A stretch of DNA of 18,540 bases from Chthoniobacteraceae bacterium (GTDB lineage Bacteria > Verrucomicrobiota > Verrucomicrobiia > Chthoniobacterales > Chthoniobacteraceae): contig JANNWY010000032.1 of assembly GCA_031409335.1 (NCBI GenBank), positions 1 through 18,540 on the forward strand, in the 5' to 3' direction. The notes beneath the pieces are model-generated. The model was given only the letters and a program-made list of their open reading frames with translations, did not search any database and was not told where the DNA came from. Every line of letters begins with the position of its first letter. The stretch's first letter is position 1. The position numbers were made by a program, and so were the translations under genes. This document shows positions 8,061-15,860 of this stretch, one piece after another.

Positions 8061-8100
8061 GGATCAGAAGGTTCCGCGTTCGAGTCCCGGCAAGTTCACC
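8061..8100 (+). pseudogene. Degenerate 3' half of a tRNA, resembling tRNA-Arg(ACG); possible att remnant
   Basis: GGATCAGAAGGTT-CCGCG-TTCGAGT-CCCGG-CAAGTTC-ACC gives the 3' anticodon stem, variable loop, T-arm (one mismatch) and acceptor strand. No matching 5' half or D-arm lies upstream on this strand. Confidence 0.6.
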
Positions 8101-9082
8101 GCCAAGGCTGCGGGTGACACGGTCGCGCGGCCTGTTCGTCGAAGAATTCCACCACTCGGCGCTCGGACCATGGCTGGGTCCCGCGCGCGAAATCCAGGAA
8201 GCCGACGTGACCGCCGGACTCGGGTGTTTCGAGGAAGACGGCGGAGTTCGCCTCGGCTTCGGTGAAAGGCATGGAGTCTTCGGTGAGAAACGGATCATTG
8301 CGCGCGTTGAGGATGAAGGTGGGGACGGTGATGCGTGGCAGGAATTGGCGGGCACTGGCGCGCTGCCAATAGTCCTCGGCATCGCGGAAACCATGGAGCG
8401 GCGCGGTGTAACGCCCATCGAACTCCTGAAAACTGCGAATCGCGCGGATGCCATCGGTGTTCAACTGTCCCGGAAATTTCAATGCCTTGGCCTCGATCTT
8501 CGCGATGAGCGGGACGATGAATCGCCGGAGGTAAACGCGATTGCCCCAGTGCTCGTCGAGCTTGCGCGCGCTCGACGCGAGATCGAGCGGAACCGAAATC
8601 GCCGCCGCGGAAAAAATCGCGGGATGTGGCGGCGCTTCGCCGAGGTATTTGAGCGTCACATTTCCCCCAAGGCTAAAGCCAATGAGCGCGATCCGGGAGT
8701 AGTCTGAAACTGCGTGCGCGATGATTGCCGCCAGGTCGGCGGTGTCGCCGCTGTGATATGCCCGCACCAACCGATTCGGTTCGCCGCCACAACCGCGAAA
8801 ATTCCATGCAAGTACATCCCACCCGGCAGCGTGCAACGTCGCCGCCATGCCCCGTACGTATTTTTGCGAGGAACTGCCTTCCAGGCCATGCGAGATGATT
8901 GCGAGCCTGTCGCCGCCGTCGCGGCTCCAGTCGAGATCGAGAAAATCGCCGTCCGAAAGCTCGATCCGGGAGCGTGCGAATGCCTGCGGAATACTGCGTG
9001 GCAGCAGGACGGGCAGGATCGTCTGCACATGCCCGTTCGCGAGGAGTCTGGGCGGGCGAAAGTGCGAAGTGAGGACTGGCAT
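8096..9082 (-). CDS. YheT-family alpha/beta-fold hydrolase (predicted esterase/lipase)
   Basis: Motifs are NGHVQTI, LSDGDFLDLDW, HGLEGSS, NFRGCGG, nucleophile GFSLGGN, Asp in NARNDP and His in GGHVGF. Confidence 0.92.
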   Translation of the reverse strand: MPVLTSHFRPPRLLANGHVQTILPVLLPRSIPQAFARSRIELSDGDFLDLDWSRDGGDRLAIISHGLEGSSSQKYVRGMAATLHAAGWDVLAWNFRGCGGEPNRLVRAYHSGDTADLAAIIAHAVSDYSRIALIGFSLGGNVTLKYLGEAPPHPAIFSAAAISVPLDLASSARKLDEHWGNRVYLRRFIVPLIAKIEAKALKFPGQLNTDGIRAIRSFQEFDGRYTAPLHGFRDAEDYWQRASARQFLPRITVPTFILNARNDPFLTEDSMPFTEAEANSAVFLETPESGGHVGFLDFARGTQPWSERRVVEFFDEQAARPCHPQPWR

Positions 9083-9143
9083 GGCTGCGGGAGATCAAGA
9101 CGCCTTTAGCGTCATCGTGCAATCCCGCGGCAAGGCAGAAAGT

Positions 9144-11957
9144 CTATCTCGCAGAGCGCCGGCGACCGAGGATTCCCAAAGCGCCAAGCGCCAGCAGGCC
9201 CAGCGATGCCGGCTCGGGGACTGGCTGCACCGGGTTGATGGAACCTTCAATCAAACCGTCGGCGGCGGCGAAGGCTGGCGAGCCGAGCGTCACCACGCCG
9301 GTCGCACTGATGTCGAGCGAAGCGAGGGTCTGACTCACGCTAAATTCCGTGCTTCCCGCGACGGTGACACTCGATCCGCTGGCATTCGCGTTGACGTTGA
9401 GGAGCGCTCCGACGCCATTGGTGATCGTGGCATTGGACAGTGCCGAATTGAGTGTAGTCCGGCCCTCGTTGGCCGCCAGGACGGAATACGATTGCAAACC
9501 GCTGATGCTGACCGTGCCGACACCGGTCTTGGTCAAAGTCCGCACGCCACCGGATTCGATGATCGCGGAGCGAATCGCAATGTCGCCCGCGCCGCCGATG
9601 CTGGTGTCCGCGGCAAGAGTGACGGAGGAAAGCGTCACCGTGCCGGGCGTCGCATTGCCACTGTCGAAAGTGTAAGTCGGCGTGCCCGTGTAGCCGGAGC
9701 CAGCGGCAGTCATCGCCACCCCGCTCACTGTGAACTCGGTCGAGTTGCCGACGCCACTCCCGGACAGGGTTCCCGAAGTGAAGGTTCCGGCCCCAAAAAC
9801 GATCACGGGATCGGTGGCGTAGCCTATGCCTGCATTGGTGATGTTAATCCCAGTCAGCGTGCCCGTCGCCCCACCGCTCAGGATGGCAGTCGCCGTCGCA
9901 CCGGAGCCCGATCCTCCGCTGATCGTCACCGTTGGCGCGGTCGTATAGGTCTTATCACCAAAATCCAGCGTAAAGCTGGCGGCGGTAACACCGAGCGCCG
10001 CAGTCGCCGCAGCTCCCGAGCCGGTTCCGTTGAAGGTGATAGCCGGTGCCGTGGCATAGCCGGAGCCTGTCCCGACAAGGGCGGCCACCTGCGCCCCCGC
10101 GATGCCGTTGCCGATCGTCGCGAGAGTACCGGAGGTATTGACCAGCGCCCCGCCCGCACCGATACCGGCGCCATTGAGGACGAAGGGTTCGTTGACGATA
10201 CCCGCGCCATTCAGGTCGAGCGTGAAGCCAGCGACCACGGTGGTCGATCCAGTCGCGAGAGTTTGTATCCCACCAAAGCCGAGCGCCGAGGCGTTTCCGA
10301 GCTTCAGCGTGCCGCCACTCACCGTCGTCCCGCCGACATGGGTATTTGCGCCAGAAAGGGTGTGGGTGCCAGGCCCAGTCTTGGTCACGGAACCGAAGCC
10401 ACTGATCACGCCACCATAGCTATCGTTGCCGAAGCGATTGAAGACCAACGAGCCATTGTTGATGATGCTCGCACTATTGGAAATAGTCCCATCGTTCCCC
10501 GCCAACCCATTCCCCAACTGGAGAGTGCCCGCCCCGATAGTAGTCGTCCCACTATACGTATTGCCTGCGGTTAGCGTCCATCTGCCTCCCTGAAGTTTCG
10601 TCAAGCCGCCCGAGCCGAGTGCAATAACGCCCGTAATCGTGCCACCGCCTCCGGTCGTAATCCCACCACCTTGCAGCGTGAGATTCTGATTCGCCAACCC
10701 GGTAAAAGCGGCGGGGTTGTTATACAGCACCGTGGAGGTACCGGAAACCGTGACGGTCGCGTCCGCAGTCAGGGTCACGGGGCTGCTGATCGTCGGATTC
10801 GAGGCATTCTGGACGGTAATAGCACCGCCGCCGCCGCCGCCGCCGCCAGCGATCTGCAGCGATTCGTTTAAGGTAAAAGTGCTGGCCGTGCCATCAATTC
10901 GCAGTTCGCCGCCAGGCAGGACCTGAGTGTCGCCCGCGACACTGCCCAAAGCATTCGCATTCCCCGCGACCACGATGCCGAGGTTGATAAAGGTGATGCC
11001 GTTGTAGTCGTTGATCCCCCTCAGATTGACTGTGCCAGTCGTCAGATGGCTCAACGAGCCATCGCCAGTGATGACTCCCGGAATCGTCATGTTGCCGACA
11101 ATGGCACCGCCGCCCACGCCGAGCGTAATCCCACGATTGACATGCAGGAGGGAATTGGCCGCGGTAAAGCTGGTCCCAATCGACCCGCCGTTTGACAAGG
11201 TAATCGCGTCCGCCAACGGAGCGGCGGGCACGGCTCCAAACCCGCGTTCATCCGAAGTACTGCTGGCGAATCCGAGACGGAACAAACCCTGGTTCACGAC
11301 CAGTTTCGCATAGGTCGTGTTTGGCAGACCCAATCCCTGATAGCGGAACTCTCCACTCCCGGTTTTCGTGAGGACGTTCCCCGGCCCTTTGATGGTTCCG
11401 CCAAAGATGGTGGAACTGCTTCCCGTATTTGCTGTCTCCACCGTCCCGCCCAGCGCGCCTACATTGATGGTGAAATTCGCGCTTACAAATGAGGAACCCA
11501 CACCATTTGCGGTGCTATGCATCGTGCCGCCTTCCAAGTTCAAACTGGCTCCCACTGTCGCGGTGATACTGAGCGTGCTGGGAATGGACAGTTTCGCGCC
11601 GCTATTGATCAGGATGGTCCCTGCCCCAACGGCAACCGCCGAGCCCGCGAGCGAAACCGAACCTTCTTCAACCGTAAGACCCGCTGCCGTTTGCACTCCG
11701 CTCAAAGTGACCACAAATGGATTGATGGCATCCGTCCCTGCCGAAAAGACCGCCGTGTCTCCCGCAACCCAATCCAACGGGAGAATTTCCCCAGCCGCGT
11801 CCGAACTCCAGAATTGGGTACCTCCCCAGAAGCCATCCGGTATAGGGCCAGCGCCCGGCATGACATCGTTCGTATCCCAATAAACCGTGGCTGCGGAAAG
11901 GCTAAACGGTGCGGCGACGGTCAGTAGTGCGGCGAGGATGAGAGGCGATCTTTTCAT
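9144..11957 (-). CDS. PEP-CTERM surface protein with autotransporter-associated beta-strand repeats (937 aa)
   Basis: It has the signal peptide MKRSPLILAALLTVAAPFSLSA and repeats such as GLTKLQGGRWTLTAGNTYSGTTTI and SVTKTGPGTHTLSGANTHVGGTTV. The C-terminus is VPEPASLGLLALGALGILGRRRSAR. Confidence 0.93.
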   Translation of the reverse strand: MKRSPLILAALLTVAAPFSLSAATVYWDTNDVMPGAGPIPDGFWGGTQFWSSDAAGEILPLDWVAGDTAVFSAGTDAINPFVVTLSGVQTAAGLTVEEGSVSLAGSAVAVGAGTILINSGAKLSIPSTLSITATVGASLNLEGGTMHSTANGVGSSFVSANFTINVGALGGTVETANTGSSSTIFGGTIKGPGNVLTKTGSGEFRYQGLGLPNTTYAKLVVNQGLFRLGFASSTSDERGFGAVPAAPLADAITLSNGGSIGTSFTAANSLLHVNRGITLGVGGGAIVGNMTIPGVITGDGSLSHLTTGTVNLRGINDYNGITFINLGIVVAGNANALGSVAGDTQVLPGGELRIDGTASTFTLNESLQIAGGGGGGGGAITVQNASNPTISSPVTLTADATVTVSGTSTVLYNNPAAFTGLANQNLTLQGGGITTGGGGTITGVIALGSGGLTKLQGGRWTLTAGNTYSGTTTIGAGTLQLGNGLAGNDGTISNSASIINNGSLVFNRFGNDSYGGVISGFGSVTKTGPGTHTLSGANTHVGGTTVSGGTLKLGNASALGFGGIQTLATGSTTVVAGFTLDLNGAGIVNEPFVLNGAGIGAGGALVNTSGTLATIGNGIAGAQVAALVGTGSGYATAPAITFNGTGSGAAATAALGVTAASFTLDFGDKTYTTAPTVTISGGSGSGATATAILSGGATGTLTGINITNAGIGYATDPVIVFGAGTFTSGTLSGSGVGNSTEFTVSGVAMTAAGSGYTGTPTYTFDSGNATPGTVTLSSVTLAADTSIGGAGDIAIRSAIIESGGVRTLTKTGVGTVSISGLQSYSVLAANEGRTTLNSALSNATITNGVGALLNVNANASGSSVTVAGSTEFSVSQTLASLDISATGVVTLGSPAFAAADGLIEGSINPVQPVPEPASLGLLALGALGILGRRRSAR
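10825..10847. repeat. (CCG)7 trinucleotide run encoding a Gly8 tract
   Basis: ccgccgccgccgccgccgccgcc lies in frame within the 937-aa gene (IAGGGGGGGGAI). Confidence 0.8.
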
Positions 11958-12001
11958 GTGTTAGTAGAGGTTGATTGAGCATGACATGCGGTCCCTTTTC
12001 A

Positions 12002-12167
12002 GTCCGAGGAAGCTGCCTCGGACCCAATTAGCTTGGCTAACAAAGCAGCCGCCACTTTCGGCGGAAGAAGCCAGCGCGCGGCGGCACTGAACTGCGTAAA
12101 TGTTTTCAAAGCTTATTTCAGGTTAGCCAAGTCGAACGATTAGCCGCATTTCAGGTTCTTCGTCAAT
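12002..12167 (-). promoter_or_regulatory. Candidate promoter/leader of the 937-aa gene, with repeats and hairpins
   Basis: The minus strand has TTGACG-N16-GCTAAT at about 12166-12139. Also present are a direct repeat ATTTCAGGTT (12115-12124, 12148-12157), an inverted pair CTTGGCTAAC/GTTAGCCAAG (12032-12041, 12122-12131) and a hairpin GTCCGAGG-N6-CCTCGGAC (12002-12023). Confidence 0.45.
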
Positions 12168-12229
12168 ATGCGATTCTGGAAATTTTGGGATCTGCGGTTC
12201 CTAACCACTCGCCCGCGGGCGGCCGTGGG

Positions 12230-14794
12230 TTACTTTGTGAAATGCACCCTGATCAAACGCCTCGGGTGAGTCGGGTCATTCGTGAGGTAAAGGTCGCGGA
12301 CTTCGACGGTGCGCGTTGCACCAGTTCCGGTTTCGACCACACTCACGCCACCCAGCAGCGGAGCCATCGCGCCGCCATTGACGCTGGCTGAAAGGTTCGT
12401 CCATGGGCCGGCCAAGTTGTCAGCACCTTGCACGGTGATCGTGATGTCGGTATTGGCGAGGGTGCGGGTGAAGGTGAGGGCAAGCCTGCTACCGATGGCG
12501 CTCACTTGCAGGAGCGGTGTCTGCGCGGCGGCAGTGGGGTTTCCTCCGAGGGCATATTCGACGAGGTTCACGAGGTGGTCTTTGTCGAAATCCGCGAGGA
12601 ATCCGGCGACGGCAGGGTCGTTCACGGCTGCGGGGAAATGGGCGAGCTGCCACGTCTGCCATGGACTTGGAGTGATGCGAGTGAGCACGACATCGTTGCC
12701 AGTCCCGCCGGTGTAACTGATGCGCCACCACTGGCTGTCTTCATAGAACTCCGTATTCTGCGGCAGGCCGGCGAAACTTCCGCTGATGGCTGCGTTGCTG
12801 GGACCGATTTCGAGGATGCGGAAAGTGGAGCCGGCGGGAAGGGCGGGGACGGCGACGAGATCGAGCGCGCCGGCGAGCGTGACGGTGCTGGTGGCATGGG
12901 TTAGCGCAAGCTGGTCGTATTGGACGCCAAAGATGGTGCCATTCAGACGGGCGCGGAGGGTGCCCGCCGCGTTCACGGCGAGGTTGCCATTGACCGTGCG
13001 GGCACCGGTGCCGGTGCCGAGCGCGAGGATGCCGCTGATCACGGTCAGCCCACTGTTGAGGCTGCCAGCAAGTTCGAGCCGGCCGGCCTGCACGGTCGTG
13101 CCGCCGCTGTAGGTGTTGGCTGCATTCAGGCTCATCGTCCCGGCGCCAGCTTTGGTGAGTGCGCCATTCGTGATCGGGACGTTCACGGACAAATCCAGCT
13201 CGGCCACACCGTTGGCGACAATGAAAGAACGGGCAGCTCCGCTGAGATCGAGCAGGCCGGACGCGCCAGTGCCAGACCCATTGGCGATCGTGGCGGTGGC
13301 GTCGGAAAGGAAGTTGAAATTCACATCCCCCGCGACGGCGATTCTAGCGGGCGTGGTGCCGTGCGGCATGAGGTGGATGGCATTGAACGTTAGCGAACCT
13401 CCCACAAGCGTGAACGTTTGCGCTGCATCGACCTGGAACGTGTGAATACTAAGAGCGCCGCTGCCACTTAGCGTGACGGGACCGGAGAATTGCGCCGCAA
13501 TCAGTGTGGAATCCCACGACGGGATGTAGCCAGCGGTTAGTGATCCGCCGGTAACATTCAATGTCTCGCGCACGTATAGCTTGCGGACAGTGTGCGCGCC
13601 GGAGGCGAGGGTGACGGTGACGTTTGCGCTGGGTCGGTCGAGGATGACGGTGTCGTTGCTGCCCGGCAGGCGCGTCGCGGGCAGCGTCAGCGGCCCGATG
13701 CGTGCCATTTGCCCCGGACCCTGCACAGGTGCGAACGGCATCAGCCCGCTGTTCCAGTTCGTCAGCGTCGTCCATTGCCCGTCGCTGTTGGCTACCCATA
13801 GCGCCGGAACGAGGGAGTCTTTCAAAAATTCGATGCCACCCTGCGCCACATCCACATCAATGTTGGCTCCGCCATTCGCATAACCATTGAGCCGTGCGGT
13901 GCTCGCATACTGCCAGAATTTCCATGGGTGCGTCGGATTCGGAGCGTCGTCCCACGGCCCGTAGATCGCCGCGAATGTATCCTTCGGGTGAGCATTCTGC
14001 ACGTCGATCGCGCTCGGGTTCGCCTGATTCGGCCAGCGCGCGCTCCACAGCGAAGATCCCGCCACGACCTGATTGCGCAGCGAAGACGCGGCATTTCCCA
14101 GCACATTCGAAGCGTAGTTCCCATTGGTATAAATGACGGGGCGGATACCCATCACCGCATAGACCCGGTCGGAAAAATCAATGCAGAATTGCGCCATCTG
14201 ATCATCCGTCCGGCTGCCATCCCCAGCTTCCAAGTCATGCACTGGCAGCAGGTAGCCGGGACGCATCCACGCGCCTGCCATCTGGATCAAATGATCGGCT
14301 TCGTCCGTGCCGGTGTTGGCAATGCCGCCGGAGCCGGGCGTGCTCGCGATCACGTCTGGCCGGGAAAAGTGATACGAGCCAGCGAACAGACCCTCAGCCG
14401 TGGCGCGCGTGATGTTTTGGACGAAATAGGGATCGTCGTAGCGATGCGCAAACGTGTTCAGACCGTTGGTGTTGTTTGGATCGCTTTGATTGTAAAAGCC
14501 AGTCGTCCCGCCCCGGCTGGCCCGGATGAAAACGAAATCCCGACCGTCACCAAAGACCCCTCCGACTTGCTGATCGGTGGGACGATGCAGCGTCTCCCAG
14601 TTCGCGGCGGTGATGTTTTGCTGATAGTACGAAATGTCGATGCCCAGCGCGCGCTGCTGCTGCGCCCGTGCGGAAACAGCCGCAGTCACGAGCACCGCCG
14701 CGACTGCCGCAGTCGCGATTCTTCCTGCGACGATGCGGCCGCCCAATCGAGCCCGATTGGAGCCTTTTCTCTGGAGGGAGGGAGTTGGCAGCAT
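12230..14794 (-). CDS. Secreted GH25 lysozyme/muramidase fused to an autotransporter-associated beta-strand region and a C-terminal domain
   Basis: GH25 motifs occur in order: GIDISYYQ, FVFIRASRG, GSYHFSRP, PVHDLE (DxE), PVIYTN, LWSARW, WKFWQY, DVD. These are followed by ALTKAGAGTMSLNAANTYSGGTTV and a C-terminal DFDKDHLVNLVEYALGGNP domain. There is a signal-like stretch ..VAAVLVTAAVSARA|Q. The start is uncertain (14794 or 14830). Confidence 0.88.
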   Translation of the reverse strand: MLPTPSLQRKGSNRARLGGRIVAGRIATAAVAAVLVTAAVSARAQQQRALGIDISYYQQNITAANWETLHRPTDQQVGGVFGDGRDFVFIRASRGGTTGFYNQSDPNNTNGLNTFAHRYDDPYFVQNITRATAEGLFAGSYHFSRPDVIASTPGSGGIANTGTDEADHLIQMAGAWMRPGYLLPVHDLEAGDGSRTDDQMAQFCIDFSDRVYAVMGIRPVIYTNGNYASNVLGNAASSLRNQVVAGSSLWSARWPNQANPSAIDVQNAHPKDTFAAIYGPWDDAPNPTHPWKFWQYASTARLNGYANGGANIDVDVAQGGIEFLKDSLVPALWVANSDGQWTTLTNWNSGLMPFAPVQGPGQMARIGPLTLPATRLPGSNDTVILDRPSANVTVTLASGAHTVRKLYVRETLNVTGGSLTAGYIPSWDSTLIAAQFSGPVTLSGSGALSIHTFQVDAAQTFTLVGGSLTFNAIHLMPHGTTPARIAVAGDVNFNFLSDATATIANGSGTGASGLLDLSGAARSFIVANGVAELDLSVNVPITNGALTKAGAGTMSLNAANTYSGGTTVQAGRLELAGSLNSGLTVISGILALGTGTGARTVNGNLAVNAAGTLRARLNGTIFGVQYDQLALTHATSTVTLAGALDLVAVPALPAGSTFRILEIGPSNAAISGSFAGLPQNTEFYEDSQWWRISYTGGTGNDVVLTRITPSPWQTWQLAHFPAAVNDPAVAGFLADFDKDHLVNLVEYALGGNPTAAAQTPLLQVSAIGSRLALTFTRTLANTDITITVQGADNLAGPWTNLSASVNGGAMAPLLGGVSVVETGTGATRTVEVRDLYLTNDPTHPRRLIRVHFTK

Positions 14795-14997
14795 TTTAGT
14801 CCGCGTATAGCCGCCACAAGGTTCCGCCACAAGTGGAATGTCTCTTCAAATCGCTGGAACGAACAAATTTTCGGCAGAGCCAAAGGCCAGACGGCCCGTT
14901 CCGCGGAACGCTGCGACAAAAAAGCGCGATCAAGCGCTCAATCGGCTATTCGCATATGCAATCCTCTCGGTTCTAGAGCTGACCCCGGGCTCACTCA

Positions 14998-15225
14998 CGG
15001 CGGCGCAACCTCACCAAGCTGGGGATCAACCCCGGCGAAGTGCATCGCGCCAGCCGCAGCCGCAAAGGGTATTTGCGCATGAGCCAAAACAGCCTCGTGC
15101 GCTACGCCCTGAACAACCGTTACCTGAAGGCACAGGGAGTGCCTGAACTGAGAGACATCTGGATCCGACTGCACTACGGGGACAAACCCGAGCCACAAGG
15201 CAAAGGCACGTCCCGCAAAGTCTAA
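14998..15225 (+). pseudogene. ltrA: C-terminal (maturase/X domain) fragment of a class C group II intron-encoded protein
   Basis: It reads RRRNLTKLGINPGEVHRASRSRKGYLRMSQNSLVRYALNNRYLKAQGVPELRDIWIRLHYG..*. An in-frame stop lies upstream at 14980, and there are no RT domains. Confidence 0.85.
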
Positions 15226-15304
15226 TTGGAACCGCCCGGTGTGGACCCGCACGCCGGGTGGTGTGGGAGGGGTGGCAGGCGCAATCCTGCCACCCCGACC
15301 CGAT
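14998..15304 (+). mobile_element. Group IIC intron, 3' remnant (ORF end, DV, DVI)
   Basis: A short DV, ACCGCCCGGTGTGGACCCGCACGCCGGGTGGT (15231-15262), carries the CGC triad. The DVI stem is GGGGTGGCAGG/CCTGCCACCCC with a bulged A at 15298, and the terminus CCCGAT ends at 15304. Confidence 0.9.
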
Positions 15305-15309
15305 TAGGC
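15305..15309 (-). other. Remnant of an attC inverse core site R'' (GCCTA|AC), split by the IIC intron
   Basis: On the minus strand, GCCTA lies 13 nt after the stop of the HEAT gene. The intron 3' exon TAGGC fits IIC-attC insertion at GT^TRRRY on the attC bottom strand. Confidence 0.6.
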
Positions 15310-15322
15310 GTTACGGTCGAGC

Positions 15323-15823
15323 TCATGGAGGCGTTTGGAGTCGCTTCTGGGCAAAGGCGCTAATCTTTGGGTTGGGACTCTCGACAAGCTGCCGCAGGCG
15401 GTCAAATGCCTCGGGCGTGCCAATGCGAGCAAGCGCCCAAGTGCATTTGCGCGGCAAGGCGAAGTTCTCGTCGTAATCGAGGTGGGCGAAATGCGCGTGA
15501 GCGGCAAGATACAGGGCGCCAATGCTGCGAGGGTCTTTGAGGTCTTCGAGTGCGAGAGCGATGTCCTCGTGGCGGGTGTGAAAGTCAGCGAGCAACAACT
15601 CCCATAGCAGAGGAACATAATCGGCAGACGGTTGAAACCGAAAGATAAGGCCGAGAGCGAACTCAACGTCGTTTGCGCTCCGGTCGTCGCGAGCCTGCTC
15701 TAATAGACGGATTGTGTCGTTGGGTGTCTGGCTGAAGTCGCCTCCGAAAGCGGAGAACAACTCGCCCTCGGGAATCCTTTGGACGGCGAACTGCAAACAA
15801 GCCTCACGCTGTGCTTCGGTCAT
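15323..15823 (-). CDS. HEAT-repeat protein (166 aa), probable integron gene cassette, possibly immunity-like
   Basis: The start is ATG 15823 (MTEAQREACL..); the ORF-track extension to 15979 is intron DV/DVI sequence. It has HEAT-like helical pairs HEDIALALEDLKDPRSIGALY and RKCTWALARIGTPEAFDRLRQL. Confidence 0.8.
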   Translation of the reverse strand: MTEAQREACLQFAVQRIPEGELFSAFGGDFSQTPNDTIRLLEQARDDRSANDVEFALGLIFRFQPSADYVPLLWELLLADFHTRHEDIALALEDLKDPRSIGALYLAAHAHFAHLDYDENFALPRKCTWALARIGTPEAFDRLRQLVESPNPKISAFAQKRLQTPP

Positions 15824-15860
15824 ATTGGTGTCGTTCTCTGGATGCGCGTAGCGACGCGCT

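Noticed and set aside
8029..8104. Complete functional tRNA gene
   Set aside because: There is no 5' acceptor strand or D-arm on the + strand, the T-stem has a mismatch and the anticodon is missing.
10825..10847. (CCG)7 as a phase-variation switch
   Set aside because: Trinucleotide slippage keeps the frame and would only change Gly-linker length.
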